A stretch of 64,000 bases of DNA from NCBI GenBank assembly GCA_038087875.1, contig JAXLNO010000254.1, forward strand, positions 1 through 64,000. Direction: 5' to 3'. Made by a program: the position numbers and the translations under genes. Shown here one piece after another: positions 1-13,157 of the stretch (its first letter is position 1; the number at the start of each line of letters is the position of its first letter). This DNA is from Malacoraja senta. Taxonomy: Eukaryota. The notes beneath the pieces are model-generated. The model was not told where the DNA came from. It saw only the letters and a program-made list of their open reading frames with translations, and ran no database searches.

Positions 1-47
1 TCCTCTCCTCCCACCTCTCTCCTCCCCTCAATCTCCCGCTCCCCTTC

Positions 48-303
48 ATAGAAACATAGAAAATAGGTGCAGGAGTAGGCCATTCGGCCCTTTGCGCCTA
101 CACTGCCATTCAATATGATCATGGCTGATCATCCAACTCAGTATCCTGTACCTGCCTTCTCTCCATACCCCTGATCCCTTTAGCCACAAGGGCCACATCT
201 AACTCCCTCTTAAATATAGCCAATGAACTGGCCTCAACTACCTTCTGTGGCAGAGAATTCCACAGATTCACCGCTCTCTGTGTAAAAAATGATTTTCTCA
301 TTT
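48..303 (-). mobile_element. CR1/HER1-type LINE, 3' end fragment
   Basis: ORF 119..313 encodes the CR1 ORF2 C-terminus (FFTQRAVNLWNSLPQKVVEA). It is followed by the 3' UTR shared with other copies in the window (gggcgaatggcctactcctgcacctatt-like). Confidence 0.9.
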
Positions 304-1375
304 CCCCTCTCATCTCTCCTCCTCTCCTCTCTCCCTCTCCACTACACCCTCCCCTCTCCTCCCCTCTCCCTCATTCTCTCTCGCTCTCTCTCCCCTCACA
401 ACTAGCACCAAGATAATTGCAAAATGGACTAGGTGAGAGATTGTCTCCTCTCCTCTCCTCTCTTCTCATTTCCTCCCCTCACATTTCCTCCACATACCCT
501 CCTCTCTCCCCTCCTTTCCTCTCTCCTCCTTTCCTCTCCTCCCCTTTCCACTCCTCTCCTCCCTGCTTCTCTTGTAATCCCGGCCAAAATAGAGCCAAAA
601 TAAGCAGAGGATTCATGCATTCAAAAGGCCTTTAGCCATTTGTGTACAAGAAGCCACAGGCTGCTAGCTGGTGCCGGGAAGTCTAGGTCCCAGATCAGTA
701 GCTCAGATAAGGAAGGTCCAAGTATCTTTGTAATTGTTAGTATGTATGAGAATCTTGCAGAGGAACTCCAAGGTATTGTAAATGTATGAATTTGATTGGA
801 TTGCTGCAAAGGGTTTGTAAATAATGTAAATAATGTTACAAGACAGTTACCCTGCTGTTTGTTGATTGAGTGTTAAAACCTGGCAGAATTGTTTTGTGTT
901 CCAGGGTAAATGTCCTCACCAAAGATACTAGAGAAGTATCTTCACCAAAGATACTAGAGTAGTATCTTTGGTCCTCACTGCCCTGCATCTCTTCCCCTTC
1001 CCTTCAAATCCAGCACCAAAGATAACTAATATAGTGGAGGCGAGAGATTGTTCTCCCCTCTCCCCCCTCCCTTCCCCTCCACTCGCCCCTCTCCTCATCC
1101 CCGCATCTATTCCCCACATCTCTTTTCTTCCCCTCTCCTCCTCTCCTCTCCTCCCCTCCTCTACTCCCTCTCCTCTCCCCATCACCTCTCCTCTCGTCTC
1201 TCCTCTCCCCTCACCTCACCTCCTCCCCTCCACTCTTCTCTCCCCTCCCCTCTTCTCTCCCCTCCTCTCCTCTCTCCACCCCTCTCCACTGCCCTCCTTC
1301 CCGCTGTTCTCCACCCCATCTCTCTTATCCTCAACTCTCTTCTAAGGAAGTGGTTCTAGAAATCGTGGATGCAAT

Positions 1376-2652
1376 CCAGAGATTCACCACTCTCTGTGTG
1401 AAAAAGTTTTTCCTCATCTCGGTCTTAAAGGATTTCCCCCTTATCCTTAAGCTGTGACCCCTTGTCCTGGACTTCCCCAACATCGGGAACAATCTTCCTG
1501 CATCTAGCCTGTCCAACCCCATAAGAATTTTGTACGTTTCTATAAGATCCCCTCTCAATCTCCTAAATTCTAGCGAGTATAAGCCAAGTCTATCCAGTCT
1601 TTCTTCATATGAAAGTCCTGACATCCCAGGAATCAGTCTGGTGAACCTTCTCTGCACTCCCTCTATGGCTATAATGTCCTTCCTCAGATTTGGAGACCAA
1701 AACTGTACGCAATACTCCAGGTGTGGTCTCACCAAGACCCTGTACAACTGCAGTAGAACCTCCCTGCTCCTATACTCAAGTCCTCTTGCTATGAAGGCCA
1801 ACATACCATTCGCTTTCTTCACTGCCTGCTGCACCTGCATGCCTACTTTCAATGACTGGTGTACCATGACACCCAGGTCTCGCTGCACCTCCCCATTTCC
1901 TAATCGGCCACCATTTAGATAATAGTCTGCCTTCCCGTTTTTGCCACCAAAGTGGATAACCTCACATTTATCCACATTATACTGCATCTGCCAAACATTT
2001 GCCCACTCACCCAGCCTATCCAAGTCACCTTGCATTCTCCTAGCATCCTCCTCACAGCTAACACTGCCCCCCAGCTTAGTGTCATCTGCAAATTTGGAGA
2101 TGTTGCTTTCAATTCCCTCGTCCAGATCATTAATATAAATTGTAAATAGCTGGGGTCCCAGCACTGAGCCTTGCGGTACCCCACTAGTCACTGCCTGCCA
2201 TTGTGAAAAGGACCCGTTTACTCCTACTCTTTGCTTCCTGTTTGCCAGCCAGTTCTCTATCCACATCAATACTGAACCCCCAATGCCGTGTGATTTAAGT
2301 TTGTATCCTAATCTCTTATGTGGTACCTTGTCGAAAGCCTTCTGAAAGTCCAGATACAACACATCCACTGGTTCTCCCCTATCCACTCTACTAGTTACAT
2401 CCTCGAAAAATTCTATAAGATTCGTCAGACACGATTTACCTTTCGTAAATCCATGCTGACTTTGTCCAATGATTTCACCACTTTCCAAATGTGCTGCTAT
2501 CCCATCTTTAATAACTGACTCTAGCAGTTTCCCCACTACCGATGTTAGACTAACTGGTCTGTAATTCCCCGTTTTCTCTCTCCCTCCCTTCTTAAAAAGT
2601 CGGGTTACGTTTGCTACCCTCCAATCCTCAGGAACTACTCCAGAATCTAAAG
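1376..2652 (-). mobile_element. CR1/HER1-type LINE, reverse transcriptase fragment
   Basis: ORF 1331..2536 has RT motifs [25 protein letters not shown] and FADD. By eye it is nearly identical to 49527-50790. Confidence 0.95.
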
Positions 2653-2965
2653 ATACATACTTTTGTAAACTGTATAAAAATCAAAAATGTCTGCATTGAT
2701 ATTTTTAGAATAATTTCTGAAGTTATTAATACTAAATTAGATCCCGATTCAAAACTAATAATACTTGGCATAACAGAACAAAGTCTAACACTCACAACAA
2801 ACCAAAGAGATTTTCTTGACTACAATATAATAACTGGGAAAAACATAATACTAAAATTTTGGAAAGGCCCTGTAACCCCCACAATTATAATGTGGATTAT
2901 GGAAATGTCGGAGACCCTACACCTGGAAAGATTCAGATTTGTCTTAATGGACAAACAAGAACTCC
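2653..2965 (+). mobile_element. L1/Tx1-like LINE, ORF2 C-terminal fragment
   Basis: Translation HTFVNCIKIK...IILG...KNIILKFWK...PTIIMW resembles the region after the CCHC motif in fish L1 ORF2. Confidence 0.5.
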
Positions 2966-3284
2966 TCTAGTATCTTTGGTCTTCACACTGATGTGGGGGG
3001 CGGGAAGAAGGAAGGAGCGTCGAACCCCCTCCTCCTTCCGACCCGGCCTCCACTCATTCCCCGCCGGCCTCCAGCATCGACTCCACCGACCCCCTGCCCC
3101 TCCCTCCCCACCCACCTACACTACACGGGGGTTGCACGGCCGTCACCTGCACTGTTGCCACACAACGCCAACTGGAGTACAAGCGGTGAACTGAACTGCA
3201 TGGATTCCAGGGTCACGGGGCCCGTCTTCTGTCCCAGCATCTGGACTCCACTCGTAGACCCCGCCCGGGCTGTCTATCCCCGCG

Positions 3285-4120
3285 GCCGGGGTGGGTGATG
3301 GGGGCGGGGGTGGGTGAAGGGGGGCGGGAGCGTGGGGTAGAGTTGGGGGCGGGGGGTAGAGGTGGGGCAGGGGTGTAGAGGTGGGGGCGGGGGTAGAGGT
3401 GGGGGCGGGGTGTAGAGGTGGGGGAAGGGAGTAGAGGTGGGGGTAGGGGTGGGGGCGGGGGGTAGAGGTGGGGGCTGGGGGGTGAAAGTGGGGGAGGGGG
3501 GTAGAGATGGGGGCGGGGGGTAGAGGTGGGGAGGGGTAGAGGTGGGGGCGGGGATGGGGGGAAGAGGTGGGGTGGGGGGTAGTAGGGGGGCGGGGGTGGG
3601 GGGTAGAGGTGGGGGCGGGGGTTAGAGGAGGGGGAGGGGGTAGAGGTGGATATGGGGGTTGAGGTGGGGGTGGGGGTGGAGGGGTGGGGGCGGGGGGTGG
3701 AAGTGGGGGAGGGGGGTAGAGATGGGGGCGGGGGTGGGGGGAAGAGGTGGGGTGGGGGGAAGTAGTGGGGGCGGGGGTGGGAGGTAGAGAGAGGTGAGAG
3801 TGGGGGTAGGAGTGGGGGCGGGGGTGGGGGTAGAGGTGGGGGCAGGGGTAGGGTCGGGGGGAAGTGGTTGGTTGGTCCGGGTGGTCAGGGGGGGTGGAGT
3901 GGTCGGGGGGAGGTGGTTGTGTGGGGAGGTGGTAGTGTGGGGAGGTGGTTGGTTGGTCCGGGTGGTCAGGGGGGGGTGGAGTGGTCGGAGGGGTCAGTCG
4001 GTCGGGGGTAGTGGTTGGGGGGGTGGTCGTGTGGGGGGGTGGTTGGTTGGTCCGGGTGGTTGGTTGGTCCGGGTGGTCGAGGGGGTGGAGTGGTCGAGGG
4101 GGTGGAGTGGTCGGGGGGTG
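3285..4120. repeat. G-rich degenerate minisatellite (units like GGTAGAGGTGGGGGCGGGG, then GGTTGGTCCGGGTGGTC)
   Basis: Directly visible. About 830 bp of repeated G-runs with strong strand asymmetry. Confidence 0.9.
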
Positions 4121-4189
4121 CTGATGCAGCGTGGTCAGTGTCTCTTGGTTGGCGGAGGGACCAGACTGACTCCAACTCTGCTACAGCTG

Positions 4190-4800
4190 ACGGGGACCTT
4201 CTCATCTCGTTTCCAAAGGTACATCCTTTTATTCTGTGGCTGTGCCCTCTGGTCCATGACTCTCCCACTAGTGGAAACATCCTCGCCACATTCACTTTAT
4301 CCAGGCCTTTCACTATTCGGTAAGTTTCAATGAGGTCCCCCCTTCTAAACTCCAGCGAGTACAGGCCCAGAGCCATCGAACGCTCATCGTACGTTAACCC
4401 AATAAAGGGGTGATCCGCATTATTCCGGAATGAAGGAAGGATGCAGGATACCCCAGGACAAGAGAGGGAGTGGTGCAAACCTGGAGCAGCCCGTTAGCCC
4501 TGGGACAAGTGAGGAGACCTTCACCTGCCTTGATTCTTGATTAGTCCGGGTGTCAGAGGTTATGGGGAGAAGGCACGAGAATGGGGCTAGGAGAGATAGA
4601 TCAGCCATGATGGGCCGAATGGCCTAATACTACTATTCCTTATGACCTTACCCTTGACGGCCGCCAGTGTGGGCACCATCTTCTCCAAGTCCTTGTTATG
4701 AAGGCCAACAGGGCCAAAACTGTACACAATACTCCAGGTGTGGTCTCACTGGGGCCCTGTACAACTGCAGAAGGACATCATTGCTCCTAGACTCAACTCT
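4190..4800. mobile_element. Cluster of short CR1 fragments in both orientations
   Basis: Peptides LGLYSLEFRRGDLIETYRIVKGLD (-) and [19 protein letters not shown] (-), plus a + strand CR1 3' UTR at about 4535-4650. Confidence 0.8.
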
Positions 4801-4892
4801 TTCTCTGTTTTCTTTAGTGGTCTTTCCAAATAAAATGAAAACATCTTTTACACTTTGTGGACACCTTGATGTTTGAAATATGTTCTTCAACC

Positions 4893-5295
4893 AGTTTAGT
4901 CTAGGTTAGTTTAGAGATACAGCACGGAAACAGGCCCTTCGGCCCCACCGAGTCCGTGCTGACCAGCGATCGCCCATCCACACACTAGTTTAGTTTAGAG
5001 ATACAGCGCAGAAACAGGCCCTTCGGCCCCACCGCGTCCATGCTGACCAGCGATCCCCGCACACTAACACTATCCTACACACACACACTAGGGGACAATT
5101 TACAATCTTTACCAGAAGCCAATTAACCTACAAACCCGCACATCTTTGGAGTGTGGTAGGAAACCAGAGCGCCCAGAGAAAACCCACGCAGGTCACGGGG
5201 AGAGAACGTGCAAACACCGCACAGACAGCACCCGTGGTCGGGATGGAACCGGGGTCTCTGGCGCCGTGAGGTGGCAAATCTACCGCTGGGTCACC
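4893..5295 (-). mobile_element. tRNA-derived V-domain SINE (HE1-like) with a duplicated 3' tail
   Basis: The minus strand has a tRNA-like head, a V-domain (ttctctccccgtgacctgcgtgggttttctctgggcgctctggtttcct) and a (CTAAA)n tail. Confidence 0.85.
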
Positions 5296-5327
5296 GTGAC
5301 GACCAGAGAGGGAGGGTGATGTGGATA

Positions 5328-5425
5328 CTTCTCTCTCTCTCCCTCCCTCTCCCTGCTTCTCTCTATCTCCCTCATCCCTCTCACTCTCTCCCTCATCCCT
5401 CTCTCTCTCCCTCTCTCTCTCTCCC

Positions 5426-5456
<31 letters not shown>

Positions 5457-5646
5457 TCTCTCTCTCCCTCTCTCTCTCTCTCTCCCCCCTCCCTCTCTCC
5501 CTCTCTCCTCTCTCTCTCTCTCTTTCTCCCTCTCTCTCTCCCTCCCCCTTTCCATCTCACCATCCCTTCATCCCCCCCCCTCCTTTGTTCTCTCCATCCC
5601 TTCATCCCCCCTCCTTTGTTCTCTCCATCCCTTCCTGGGGAAAAAA

Positions 5647-5702
<56 letters not shown>

Positions 5703-6003
5703 AGCGAGAGATTGAAAGAGAGAGGGAGAGAGAGAGATGGGGAGAGAGAGGGGGAGAGATATAGGAGAGAGAGAGAGAGAGATGGGGAGAGAGGGAGAGG
5801 GGAGAGAGGGGGGAGGAGAGAGGGGGCGAGAGACGGAGAGAGAGAGATGAGGAGAGAGAAGGGGGAGTGAGAGGGGGAGAGGGGAAGAGGGGGAGAGTGG
5901 AAGAAAGGGGGAGAGATGGGAGAAAGAGGGGGGTAGAGAGTGGGATAGAGTGGGGAGAGATAGGGGGAGAGAAAGAAATGAGAGAGGGGACAGAGAGAGA
6001 GAT

Positions 6004-6040
<37 letters not shown>
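5328..6040. repeat. (CT)n tract followed by (GA)n tract
   Basis: Directly visible. The overlapping Ser/Leu- and Glu/Arg-rich ORFs are artefacts. Confidence 0.95.
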
Positions 6041-6041
<1 letters not shown>

Positions 6042-6808
6042 AAGTGAATCATGTTTGTGCTAAGTTTTATCTCCTGTTCCAAACCATTCCACAAATTCAC
6101 CCAACAGATTGCTATGTACATACTTTTAAGAGTTGTTCTGACATTGAGCTTTTTTTAATTAAGTTCCCCTCTCAAATTATACCCACCCTGTCTTTCCATA
6201 AACAGTTTTTGTATATTTCCTGGAAGTAAATTATTTCTTGCTTTGTACATGATTTGTGCAGTTTTAAATTTAACCAGATCGGTGAACTTCAGTGTGTGTG
6301 ACTTTAAGAATAATAAATTGGTATGTTCAAGATATCCAACGTTATTGATCATTCTTATTGCTGTTTTTTGTAATGTACATAACGGCTGTAGGTTGGTTTT
6401 GTAGGTGTTACCCCATATCTCCACACAGTAACTCAGATATGGCAATATGAGTGTATTATACAGAGTATGTAATGATTTATGGTCCAGAATGTCTTGATTT
6501 TCCCAATATTGCTATAGACTGCCAGTTTTGCTTTGACGTGGTTTATATGTGGTTTCCAGCAGATTTTGTGGTCTAAGATCACACCAAGAAATCTATTTTC
6601 ATATACTCTTTCTATACTTATGTTATCTATTTTCAATTGTACTTGAGGGGTTGTTTTATGTTTTCCAAATAGCATCATCTTTGTTTTGCTTAAAGTTAAA
6701 GACAATTTGTTGACATCAAACCACTGTTTTAATTTATTCATTTCTGATGTGATGACCTCCAAAAGCTGCTTCAAATTGTCACCGGAACAAAAACTATTCG
6801 TATCATCA
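6041..6808 (-). mobile_element. L2-group (Crack/Daphne-like) LINE, 3' fragment, frameshifted
   Basis: ORFs 6433..6774 (WFDVNKLSLTLSKTKMMLF...RFLGVILD...WKPHI) and 6155..6445 (PYLSYCVEIWGNT...LQKTAIR) match the RT thumb and C-terminus. Confidence 0.75.
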
Positions 6809-7842
6809 TATTTTGGACACCATATCTGAGGAAGGATAGGGTGGCTCTGGAGAGGGTCCAGAGGAGGTTTACAAGAATGATCCCAGGAATGAGTAGGTTA
6901 ACCTATGATGAGCGTTTGTCGGCACTGGGCCTGTACTCGCTGGAGTTTAGAAGAATGAGGCGGGACCTCATTGAAACGTACAGAATAGTGAAAGGCTTTG
7001 ATAGAGTGAAAGTGGAGAAGATGTTTCCACTAGTGGTTGAGTCGAGGACTAGAGGGCGGAGCCTCAGAATTAAAGGCTGTTCATGTTGGAAGGAGAGGAG
7101 GAGGAATTTCTTCAGTCAGAGGGAGGTGAATCTGTGGAATTCTTTGCCAGAGAAGGCTGCGGAGACCAAGTCAGTGGATATTTGTAAGGCACACGTAGAA
7201 AGATTCTTGATTAGTACAAAAATCAGGGGTTGTTGAGGGAGTGCAGCGTAGGTTTACAAGGTTAATTCCCGGGATGGTGGGACACTCATACGCTGAGAGA
7301 ATGGAGCGGCTGGGCTTGTATACCCTGGGATTTAGAAGGATGAGAGGGTATATTATTGAAACATATATGATTATTAAGGGTTTGGACATGCTAGAGTCAG
7401 GAAACATGTTCCCGATGTTGGGGGAGTCCAGAACCAGGGGAAAAAGGGAAGTGCAATGAGATCTGGAAGTCCTTGTGCATCAGTCACTGAAAGTAAAGAT
7501 GTGGGTACAACAGGCAATGAATAAAGTGAATGAAATGTTGGCCTTCATAACAAGAGGATTTGAGTACAGGAGTAAAGAGGTCCTTCTGCAGTTGGACAGG
7601 GCCCTGGTGAGACCATATCTGGAGTATTATGTGAAATTTGGTCTCCTAATTTGAAGAAAGACATCCTTGCTATTGAGGCAGTGCGGTAAAGACGGAGATG
7701 AGGAAAAACTTCACCCAGAGAGTTGTGAATTTGTGGAATTGTCTGCCACAGAAGGCAGCAGAGGCCAATTCACCGGATGCATTTAAAATAGTTAGATAGA
7801 GCTCTTGGGGCTAGCGGAATCAAGGGGAATGGGGAGAAGGCA
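6809..7842 (+). mobile_element. Tandem CR1 3' fragments
   Basis: ORFs 6841..7236 and 7241..7459 (VQRRFTRMIPGM...LGLYSLEFRRMR). Confidence 0.85.
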
Positions 7843-8016
7843 GGGCCGGCCTTAGGGGGTGCGGGGCCCAATTGGAAACAATGTTGGTGAGCCCCAGGTT
7901 CCCAGCCAAGGTCTGTAGAATCATAGAAATATAAATAAAGTCTATTATAGACTTTATATCTCTATGGTAGAATGGAAGGTAATCAAAATGTGTGCTTAAA
8001 AAATGCCTGTGGGTTA

Positions 8017-8017
<1 letters not shown>

Positions 8018-8099
<82 letters not shown>

Positions 8100-8120
8100 T
8101 GAGTGTGTGTGTGTGTGTGT

Positions 8121-8157
<37 letters not shown>

Positions 8158-8174
8158 TGTGTGTGTGTGTGTGT

Positions 8175-8217
<43 letters not shown>

Positions 8218-8265
8218 TGTGTGTGTGTGTGTGTGTGTGAGTGTGTGAGTGTGTGTGTGTGTGTA

Positions 8266-8315
<50 letters not shown>

Positions 8316-8330
8316 TGTGTGTGTGTGTGT

Positions 8331-8387
<57 letters not shown>

Positions 8388-8505
8388 TGTGTGTGTGTGT
8401 GTGTGTGTGTGAATGTGTGTGTGAATGTATGTGTGTGTGTGTGTGTGTGTGTGTGAATGTGTGTGTGTGTGTGTGTGTGTGAATGTGTGTGTGTTTGTGT
8501 GTGTG

Positions 8506-8536
<31 letters not shown>

Positions 8537-8621
8537 TCGTGTGAGTGTGTGTTCGTGTGAATGTGTGTGTGTGTGTGTGTGCGTGTGTGTGTGTTCGTGT
8601 GAATGTGAGTGTTCGTGTGAA

Positions 8622-8654
<33 letters not shown>

Positions 8655-8761
8655 GTGTGCGTGTGTGTGTTCGTGTGAATGTGTGTGTTCGTGTGAATGT
8701 GTGTGTGTGTGTGTGTGTGCGTGCGTGTGTGTGTGTGTGTGTATGTACGTGTGAATGTGTG

Positions 8762-8793
<32 letters not shown>

Positions 8794-8805
8794 CGTGTGC
8801 GTGGG

Positions 8806-8836
<31 letters not shown>

Positions 8837-8848
8837 ATGTACGTGTGA

Positions 8849-8943
<95 letters not shown>

Positions 8944-9092
8944 TGTCTGTGTGTGTGTGTGTGTGGGTGTGTGTGTTTGTGTGTGTGTACGCGTGTGTGT
9001 GTGAGTGTGTGTGTGTGTGTATGTGTGTGAATGTGTGTGTATATGTGTGTGAATGCGTGTGTGTGTGTGTGTGAATGCTTGTGTGTGTGTGT

Positions 9093-9128
<36 letters not shown>

Positions 9129-9129
9129 A

Positions 9130-9160
<31 letters not shown>

Positions 9161-9250
9161 GTGTGTGTGTGTGTATGTGTATGTATGTGTGTGTGTGTGT
9201 GTGTGTGTGCGTGCGCGTGTGTGTTCGTGTGAATGTGTGTGTTCGTGTGA

Positions 9251-9286
<36 letters not shown>

Positions 9287-9323
9287 GTGTGCGTGTGTGT
9301 GTACGTGTGTGTGTTTGTGTGTG

Positions 9324-9363
<40 letters not shown>

Positions 9364-9450
9364 AATGTGTGTGTGTGTGTGTGTGAATGTGTGTGTGTTT
9401 GTGTGTGTGTGAATGTGTGAATGCGTGTGTGTGTGTGTGTGTGTGTGTGA

Positions 9451-9497
<47 letters not shown>

Positions 9498-9564
9498 TGT
9501 GTGTGTGTGTGTGTGAATGTGTGTGTGAATGTGTGAATGTGTGTGTGTGTGTGTGTGTGTGTGA

Positions 9565-9632
<68 letters not shown>

Positions 9633-9738
9633 GTGTGTGTGTGTGTTCGTGTGTGTGTGTGTTCGTGTGAATGTGTGTGTGTGTGTGTGTGCGTGTGTGT
9701 GTGTGTGTGCGTTCGTGTGAATGTGTGTGTTCGTGTGA

Positions 9739-9769
<31 letters not shown>

Positions 9770-9796
9770 TGTGTGTGTGTGTGTATGTACGTGTGA

Positions 9797-9836
<40 letters not shown>

Positions 9837-9882
9837 GTGTGTGTGTGCGCGTCTGTGTGTGTGTGTGTGTATGTACGTGTGA

Positions 9883-9921
<39 letters not shown>

Positions 9922-9940
9922 TGTGTGTGTGTGTGTGTGA

Positions 9941-10035
<95 letters not shown>

Positions 10036-10048
10036 TGTGTGTGTGTCT
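8018..10048. repeat. About 2 kb compound (GT)n microsatellite with GAAT, GTAC, TTCG and GCGT interruptions
   Basis: Directly visible. All His/Thr- and Cys/Val-rich ORFs here are artefacts. Confidence 0.98.
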
Positions 10049-13000
10049 GTATTCAGTATTCAGTATTTCTTTAATATCATGTCACTCATACACAGAGGAA
10101 ACGAAAAAACGTTGCTCAATCGGTTTCCATTCAGTGTAAAAACAAAAGGATAATACATAGAGCTTTAAAATCAAATTAAAATTATCATTCTTAAGGAGAA
10201 AGTAGGCCTAAGATTAACAATATAATAAAAACAGTCATTCTGATCGCCAGTGGCTTCACAGTGGCTTTACTTTGACAGGTGCCTAACTGTCAAGGTATGG
10301 GCGCGGTTGGATGTGTGGATGAGCGATGTTTTGGGAGGGGACAAAGTCCGTTAATCAGTCTTATTGCCTGTGGGGAGAAGCTGAGGAGCATCCTGCTGGT
10401 TTTGCAGCTGATGCTCCTGTACCTCTTCCCAGATGGCAGAATGGAAAAGATGTGCTGTGATGGGTGGTAGGGGTCCTGGATGATGGAGATGGCTCTACTG
10501 ATGCTCCTCTTCTTGTATATCTCCAGCAGGAAAGGGAGTGGGGCACCGATAATCCTGCTGGCGGTCTTCACTATCCTGTTTAGTTGATATTGTTCATAAG
10601 CCTTGCAGCTCCCGAACCAGGAAGTGATGCCGTAGGTTATTATGCTTTCAATTGTGCCCCTATAGAAGGTTCTTAGATGGGCAGTGGGGTGACCTGCTTT
10701 CCGTAGTCTCCGGAGAGGGTGGATCGCTGTTGGGCTCTTTTGACCACTGCTGTGGTGTTGGTCATAGAGGTCAAGTCATCCGACAGGTGGAGTCCTAGGA
10801 ACTTCACACTGCTGACCCTCTCCACAGCAGTTCCATCAATATACAGCGGTGTATGGTGTTGTTTTCCCGCCCTCCTGAAGTCGACCACCATCTCCTTAGT
10901 TTTTCCCACATTAAGAGTGAGGTTGTGGGATTTGCACGATCCTGTGAGCAGCTCCACCTCCATCCTGTACGCCGACTCATTATTGTCACTGATGAGACCC
11001 ACCACTGTTGTGTCATCAGCGAACTTGTTGATATAGTTGTTATTGAGTCTAGCAGTACAGTCATGTGTAAGCAGACTAAACAGCAGGGGGCTTAGGACAC
11101 AGCCTTGGGATGAGCCAGTGCTCACGGCGATGGTTTTTGATGTCCGACTGCCCACCCTGACTGTCTGCTGCCGTTGTGATAAGAAGTTAAGGACCCAGTT
11201 ACAAGTGCCAGTATCCACCCCTAACAGCCTCAGCTTCTCCACCAGCTGCTGTGGAATGATTGTATTAAAAGCAGAGCTGAAGTCTAAAATGAGGATCCTG
11301 GCATAAGTATTTTTCCGGTCGAGGTGTGACAGTGCGAGGTTCAGTGTAGTGGAGACTGCATCCTCTGTGGACCGTGTTGGCTCTGTAGGCGAACTGCAGT
11401 GGGTCTAGGTTGGCAGGGAGACCATTTTTGATATGCTGCATAACCAGCCGCTCAAAACACTTCATTAATATGGGTGTGAGAGCCACTGGGCGGAAGTCAT
11501 TGTGACAGGCTGGGTTTGGTTTCATCGGGACAGGAACGATGGTGGCACTTTTAAGACAGTTGGGCACTACTGCCTGGCTGAGTGAGATGTTAAAAATGTC
11601 TGTGAACACATCTATTAGTTGATCAGCGCAGTCCCTTAAAACGCATCCAGGGATGTTATCCGGCCCTGCAGCTTTGCGTGGATTGATGCTGGCAAAGGCC
11701 TTTTTAACTCTGGCTGTGGACAGCCTGAGTGACTGGTCGCTGGGTGATGGCAGGAGTGCTCGTATCTGGGTGGTGTTTTTAACCTTAAACCGTGCGTAGA
11801 ACACGTTCAGTTCATCTGGTAGAGAGGGGTCGTTTTGGCATATCCGCAGCGGGGGGGGGGGGGGGGGCTTGTAGTCAGTGATGGTATGAAATCCCTGCCA
11901 CAAGCGACGTTAGTCTTTGTCGTTTGTGAAGTGGCTATTAAGTTTTTGTACATACAGCCTCTTCGCTTCCCTGATCCCCCAGGATAGGTTACTCCGTGCC
12001 AGTTTGTATGCTGCGTTGTCCCCAGATTTAAATGCAGCATTCCGGACACTCAGTAGGGAACAAACTTCCCCAGTTAGCCAAGGTTTCTGATTGGCACGCC
12101 TCTTGACGGATTTAACCACCGTCACTTCATCAATGCATTTATTGATGTATCCAATGACGGATTCTGTGTATTCTTGGAGGTCAATGCCACTGTCAACTGT
12201 TGCTGCCTCTCTGAAAATGGCCCACTGTGTGATTTCAAAACAGTCTTGCAGTGCTGCGGTAGCTCCCTGTGGCCATATTCTGACTTCTTTGACCATTGGC
12301 CTGTCCTGTTTCACCCTGGGTCTGTATGCAGGTGTGAGCATAACTGCCAGGTGGTCAGAATTGCCGATATGGGGGAGGGGGGCTGCTTTATATGCATCTT
12401 TAATGTTTGTGTACACCAGGTCTAGTTTGTTCTTTCCCCTGGTTGCAATGTTCACATGCTGGTAGAATTTAGGCAGAACAGATGCAAGACTTGCCTGGTT
12501 AAAATCCCCAGCTGCTATGAAGAAAGCATGGGGATGTTCCCTCTGCTGCTCACTGATGTTGTTGTAGAGTTATGTCATAGCGTCCTTCACGTCCGCGCTC
12601 GGTGGTACATAAACGGCCGTTGTGAAGACTGTCGTTAGCTCCCTCGGTAAGTAGAAGGGTCGGCATTTCACAGTCATTAACTCTACGTGGGGTGAGCAGT
12701 AAGTGGAAACTACCATGGCATCTCGACACCACGATCTATTAACATACACAGCCAGGCCGCCTCCCCTTGACTTACCAGCTAGCGAAGCTACTCTGTCAGC
12801 TCTGTGTAGCATTAGCCCCTCCAGCTGGATCGCAGCGTCCGTGATGTTCTGATTCAGCCAGGTCTCCGTAAGGGCGTAGACACAGCAGTTCTTCACGCTA
12901 CGTTGAGTAGCTCTCCACGCTCTGATGTAGTCCATCTTATTGTCGAGGGAGCGGACATTTGCCAACATGAGTGTAGGCACTGTTGGTTTGTGTGGGTTAG

Positions 13001-13112
13001 CGACTAGCCTAGCGTAGACTACTCCACGCTTCTCCCGCTTCCGCATCCTGCTACACCGCTTGCGGTGAATCCTCACCAATGTTGTTCCATGTGCAGCCGC
13101 GGCTTTCCGTGG
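10049..13112 (-). mobile_element. Rex1/Babar-type LINE, near full-length, frameshifted (APE endonuclease + RT)
   Basis: EN: LANVRSLDNKMD...LTETWL and [42 protein letters not shown]. Short-repeat tail (AATACTG)n at about 10049-10067. Confidence 0.9.
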
Positions 13113-13157
13113 GCCTACGCAGCGCAGAAGTCCCAGCTCGCCCAGAACACTCCGTAA

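Noticed and set aside
608..771. Possible + strand exon (cag|AG GAT TCA...CAA G|gtattg) with an open frame
   Set aside because: No recognisable homology, a weak pyrimidine tract and no partner exons.
1376..2652. Segmental duplication with 49527-50790
   Set aside because: Similarity stops at the CR1 boundaries and the flanks differ, so these are two copies of a young LINE family.
5208..6229. Ser/Leu/Pro- and Glu/Arg-rich ORFs (also 417-1359 and 20787-21416)
   Set aside because: Low-complexity CT/GA tracts with no domain signal.
7820..10153. Long His/Thr-rich and Cys/Val-rich ORFs (up to 595 aa)
   Set aside because: They are translations of the (GT)n/(AC)n microsatellite.
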